Shown here piece after piece: positions 61,006 to 64,000 of a DNA stretch of 64,000 nt. Numbering within the stretch: position 1 is the first letter of the stretch; every line of letters starts with the position of its first letter. The stretch comes from a virus. A model generated the notes under the pieces. It was not told where the DNA came from, ran no database searches, and was given only the letters and a program-made list of their open reading frames with translations. A program made the translations under genes and the position numbers. The stretch lies in the IMG/VR virus record IMGVR_UViG_3300020036_002522. One strand, given 5' to 3'.

Positions 61006-62142
61006 ATGACTACTATTGACATCCTGTCCCACAAGCAAATCTCCAACCTGATCAAGGCTACGGGCCACGAGCAGACCATCCTGATCGAAGGCGAGGCCGG
61101 CGTGGGCAAGACCGCTATTGCACACGAGTTCGCAACTGACCCGTTCTTCGCCAACCATCTGATCGTCAAGCCCATCGACTGCACCCAGTTGAGCGACGGT
61201 TCTGTGTGGATGCCGGACATCGACCGTGATGCAGGCGTGTCCCGAGAGTTGCCAAACGAGCGGTTCGGAGTGCATAACGCCAACCAGCGCAGCGTGCACG
61301 GTAGCGTGCCGATTGTGGTGTGCTTGGACGAGATCGCCAAGGCGCGGCAGTTCATTAAAGACGTCTTGGCACCCATCGTCTACGAGCAGCGTATCGGCCA
61401 GTACCACATGCCAGAGGGGTCGGTGGTGTTCGGCTGTACCAACCTGAGCGAAGAGGGTTTGGGCGACGCTATGCAGGCACACTTGCGTAACCGTATCACC
61501 ATCGTGCGCATGCGCAAGCCAACGCAGAAGGAGTGGGTCAACGACTTCGCCATCCCCAAGAAGCTGAGCCCTGAGTTGATCGCTGCCACGGAGATGTTCC
61601 CCCAAATCTTCGATTCCTTCCTCGACTACGAGCCGGGCGGCAAGTTCGAGGGCAAGTCCATCGGCAAGCACAACGCATGGATCGCCAACCCCAAGGACGC
61701 AGGCCAAGGGCAGGTGGTGACGCCGCGCTCGCTGCACAGCGCATCGAAGATCATCAACAACAGCAAGCGTGCCGGTACCGTAGATGATCAGACGCTGCAA
61801 GCCGCGCTCAATGGTACCGTGGGGCCAGCGTTCGGTAGCGAGCTGACATCGTTTATCCGCTTCGGGCGTGACATCCCGTCGTTCGAGCGCGTTGTCAAGG
61901 ACCCCGCTGGTTGCCCGATGCCGGAGTCCCCCGTTGCGCAAATTGTCCAGACGTTCCAGCTCATCACCCAGACCAGCAACTACGAGCAGGCCGAAGCCGT
62001 GACCGAGTACGTGGCGCGTCGCAAGGGCGAGATGCAGTCCCTGTTCATCAGCAGCATCGCCAACAGCAGCGCCATCAGCATGTTCGCGACGTCGAAAATC
62101 TTCGGAAAATTATTGGGCGAGAACCGCAAGTTCTTTAACTAA
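61006..62142 (+). CDS. MoxR/CobS-like AAA+ (AAA_5-type) ATPase
   Basis: Walker A ILIEGEAGVGKT, Walker B VVCLDEIAKA, sensor-1 FGCTNL, Arg-rich NRITIVRMRKP. Confidence 0.8.
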   Translation: MTTIDILSHKQISNLIKATGHEQTILIEGEAGVGKTAIAHEFATDPFFANHLIVKPIDCTQLSDGSVWMPDIDRDAGVSRELPNERFGVHNANQRSVHGSVPIVVCLDEIAKARQFIKDVLAPIVYEQRIGQYHMPEGSVVFGCTNLSEEGLGDAMQAHLRNRITIVRMRKPTQKEWVNDFAIPKKLSPELIAATEMFPQIFDSFLDYEPGGKFEGKSIGKHNAWIANPKDAGQGQVVTPRSLHSASKIINNSKRAGTVDDQTLQAALNGTVGPAFGSELTSFIRFGRDIPSFERVVKDPAGCPMPESPVAQIVQTFQLITQTSNYEQAEAVTEYVARRKGEMQSLFISSIANSSAISMFATSKIFGKLLGENRKFFN

Positions 62143-62153
62143 GGAGAAAACAC

Positions 62154-63413
62154 ATGGCTTGGAAAGATTTGACCCCGCGCGAGCGGATCACTGCTGCGTC
62201 GTTCGACATCATGCGCGACGACGAGTTCTGCCTTATGGGTGGGGCTACACAAATCGGCAAGGTGGAGATGGTGGGTGACGACGTGATGCCTACTGCCGGC
62301 ACCGATGGCCGCGACGTGTTCTACAACACGGACTTCGTTACGGGCTTGACGCGCAAGATGGTGCGCATGTTAGTTGCGCATGAAACACTACACAAGATGC
62401 TCATGCATTGCGTGGAGTACACGTCCATTGTCGAGAAACACCCTGACGCGTCCAACATGGCGATGGATCACGTGGTCAACCTGATGATCGAGGACTTGGA
62501 CGCCGGGCGCGGGTTCATCGAATGGATTGTGGAGCCACCACCACTCATGGATGCCAAGTACCGTGGCATGTCGTTCCTCGAAGTTCTGCAGGACCTGTTG
62601 AAGAACCCCCCACCGCAGCAGCCGCAGAACGGTAGGCCGCAGGCCGGTGCAGGTAAACCCGGACAGCCCGGCGGTACCTTGGATCAGCACATCCCGGGCA
62701 AGAAGCAGGGTATGCCGGGTGCAGACAAAATGTCTGCAGAGGAGGTCGACAAACTCAAGCAGGATATGCAGGACGCCAATGCCCAAGGCCAGATCGTGCG
62801 CGAGAAGATGCTGGCCAAGAAGCGCGGTGCAGCCGGTAGCGGCGGGCGTGTCGGTGGGTTCCAAGAGCGGCGCACGGATTGGAAAGGACCGTTGCGCCGG
62901 TTCATACAGGACTTGGCCGAGGGTGACGAGATGTCCCGATTCAGCCCGCCCAACAAGCGCTTGCAACCGCTTGGGATTCTCCTGCCATCACACTACAGTG
63001 AGGCAGTGGGCGAGATCATCATAGCCTGCGACACATCAGGCTCCATGACCGGGGTGTACCCCACGGTGTTCGGTGAGGTGGCGCGCATCTGCCAGCAAGT
63101 CAAGCCGGCCAAGGTGCGGATGATCTGGTGGGATACCAAGATCGCGGGCGAGCAGACGTTCACTGCGCGCGACTACGACAAGATCGCCAAGCAGCTGAAA
63201 CCTGCCGGGGGTGGGGGCACCACGGTGTCGTGTGTAGCGGAGCACATCAAGGCCAAGAAGATCAAGGCCCGGTGCATCATCATGCTGACCGACGGGTATA
63301 TCGAGCACCAGTACAGCATGGCGCCCATCCCGCATCTATGGGGTATCGTCGACAACACCGGCTTCAAGCCGCTCAAGGGCAAGAAGATCGACATCCAGTC
63401 GGTGGGGCTATGA
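62154..63413 (+). CDS. VWA-domain protein with N-terminal HExxH putative metallopeptidase domain (DUF2201-like)
   Basis: LVAHETLHKMLMH; MIDAS IIACDTSGSM with downstream IIMLTDG. Gly/Pro/Gln-rich linker carries palindrome copy 9. Confidence 0.75.
   Translation: MAWKDLTPRERITAASFDIMRDDEFCLMGGATQIGKVEMVGDDVMPTAGTDGRDVFYNTDFVTGLTRKMVRMLVAHETLHKMLMHCVEYTSIVEKHPDASNMAMDHVVNLMIEDLDAGRGFIEWIVEPPPLMDAKYRGMSFLEVLQDLLKNPPPQQPQNGRPQAGAGKPGQPGGTLDQHIPGKKQGMPGADKMSAEEVDKLKQDMQDANAQGQIVREKMLAKKRGAAGSGGRVGGFQERRTDWKGPLRRFIQDLAEGDEMSRFSPPNKRLQPLGILLPSHYSEAVGEIIIACDTSGSMTGVYPTVFGEVARICQQVKPAKVRMIWWDTKIAGEQTFTARDYDKIAKQLKPAGGGGTTVSCVAEHIKAKKIKARCIIMLTDGYIEHQYSMAPIPHLWGIVDNTGFKPLKGKKIDIQSVGL
62720..62738. promoter_or_regulatory. 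19-bp palindrome copy 9 (centre AAA)
   Basis: Read directly; in-ORF, encodes ADKMSA. Confidence 0.9.
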
Positions 63414-63655
63414 GAATCGGCTGGATCAACATACCCCCGCACCTGCAGCTGCTGCATGAGTACAACTTCATATTAGGTAGCGTCGCAAACCTGTATATGT
63501 TTGGGCGGGTGTTTAACCCAGAGGTGGGCGGCACCAGCGAGACGTACATAGCCTATGTTGTGGACATGCCGGAGGGTGCGGATATGGAGCAGCTGCAGTC
63601 CAACATGCTGATGATGGCAGAAGCGAGGTATAGCAATGGCACTCCCGCCACGTAA
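63410..63655 (+). CDS. hypothetical protein (81 aa)
   Basis: ATG 63410 overlaps the VWA stop (ATGA); internal start of ORF-track frame 63128-63655. Confidence 0.5.
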   Translation: MRIGWINIPPHLQLLHEYNFILGSVANLYMFGRVFNPEVGGTSETYIAYVVDMPEGADMEQLQSNMLMMAEARYSNGTPAT

Positions 63656-63962
63656 ACCCTTCACCCCCAAGCCACACCCCTACGACGCGCTGCGTGACAG
63701 TCTCAAGGCGCTCGACAACAGCCTGTTTGCTGTGAAGCTGTATACCGTCACGCTTAATGGCGTGGAGGTGACGGGGCCTTGGGGCGGCAGCGCTCCGATC
63801 ACTACATGGAAGCTGGCCAGAATGGGCTTCCCCGGCAGGCGCTTTGTGCGCTTTGTCTACGACTCAGGGCATACCGTGTATGTCCCTGATGAAAGCAACG
63901 AAGAACTGCATCGGCTGGCGCAGGTATTCGCAGACCTTCTCAACAGCCAATTTCAAAACTAG
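63636..63962 (+). CDS. hypothetical protein (108 aa)
   Basis: ORF track. Confidence 0.55.
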   Translation: MALPPRKPFTPKPHPYDALRDSLKALDNSLFAVKLYTVTLNGVEVTGPWGGSAPITTWKLARMGFPGRRFVRFVYDSGHTVYVPDESNEELHRLAQVFADLLNSQFQN

Positions 63963-63970
63963 GAAACATC

Positions 63971-64000
63971 ATGTCAAACACAAACACACAAGTTCATTCC
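63971..64000 (+). CDS. 5' end of a further ORF leaving the window
   Basis: AGGAAACATC-ATG at 63971; open to the window end. Confidence 0.35.
   Translation, partial: MSNTNTQVHS

Noticed and set aside
60913-61941. 342-aa minus-strand ORF
   Set aside because: It is antisense to the AAA+ ATPase gene, whose Walker motifs establish the + frame.
57218-62738. CRISPR array
   Set aside because: The hexamer arrays have no spacers. The 19-bp palindromes are separated by 145-1776 bp of gene sequence, which is not a repeat-spacer architecture.
1-64000. Prophage boundaries, integrase, CI/Cro-type lysogeny module, host genes
   Set aside because: No recombinase, att-like duplication or cellular gene was seen. 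The HTH proteins alone do not support a temperate lifestyle.

Overview
The whole 64-kb window reads as one tailed-phage genome segment: GC-rich, podovirus-like, with no integrase, repressor/lysogeny module or host genes visible. It has three transcription blocks. (1) 1-14.7 kb, + strand, holds replication and recombination genes: family A DNA polymerase, VRR-NUC, Cas4-like nuclease, HNH, SNF2 helicase, Gam-like, SSB-like, HTH and primase-helicase. Many genes here are joined by ATGA stop/start overlaps. (2) 14.7-54.0 kb, - strand, is the late block, read from 54.0 kb downwards. In order it carries a small-terminase candidate, large terminase, portal, GroES-like and Gp49/66-like proteins, scaffold, decoration-like protein and major capsid. 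Next come a strong terminator, a free-standing GIY-YIG homing endonuclease with its own promoter, tRNA-Pro and tRNA-Tyr. Then follow tail/fibre genes (LamG-like fibre plus a lipoprotein, a repeat-containing fibre, a Gly-rich fibre), a papain-like peptidase and a lysis cassette (SAR endolysin, embedded Rz/Rz1-type spanins). The block ends with three large virion proteins of 713, 1210 and 617 aa and a 3281-aa giant ORF that converges on the primase gene. (3) 54.3-64.0 kb, + strand, is an arm of small early-type genes ending in a MoxR-like AAA+ ATPase and a VWA/metallopeptidase pair. Four signals are not explained by ordinary annotation. (a) A perfect 19-bp palindrome, TGCAGACA-WWW-TGTCTGCA, occurs nine times, only in the early arm, both upstream of genes and embedded in frame inside genes. 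(b) Two paralogous Gly/Tyr-rich low-complexity proteins are built on GGCNAC hexamer arrays and share a conserved C-terminal motif, NPPRCLTYDAPxDPLPxLF. (c) The giant ORF carries a zincin HEVAGH motif. (d) A candidate ~80-nt cis-antisense RNA (TTGTAA-16-TATAAT promoter plus intrinsic terminator) lies opposite the 5' end of the late operon. All functional calls come from motifs read by eye; no database search was possible.
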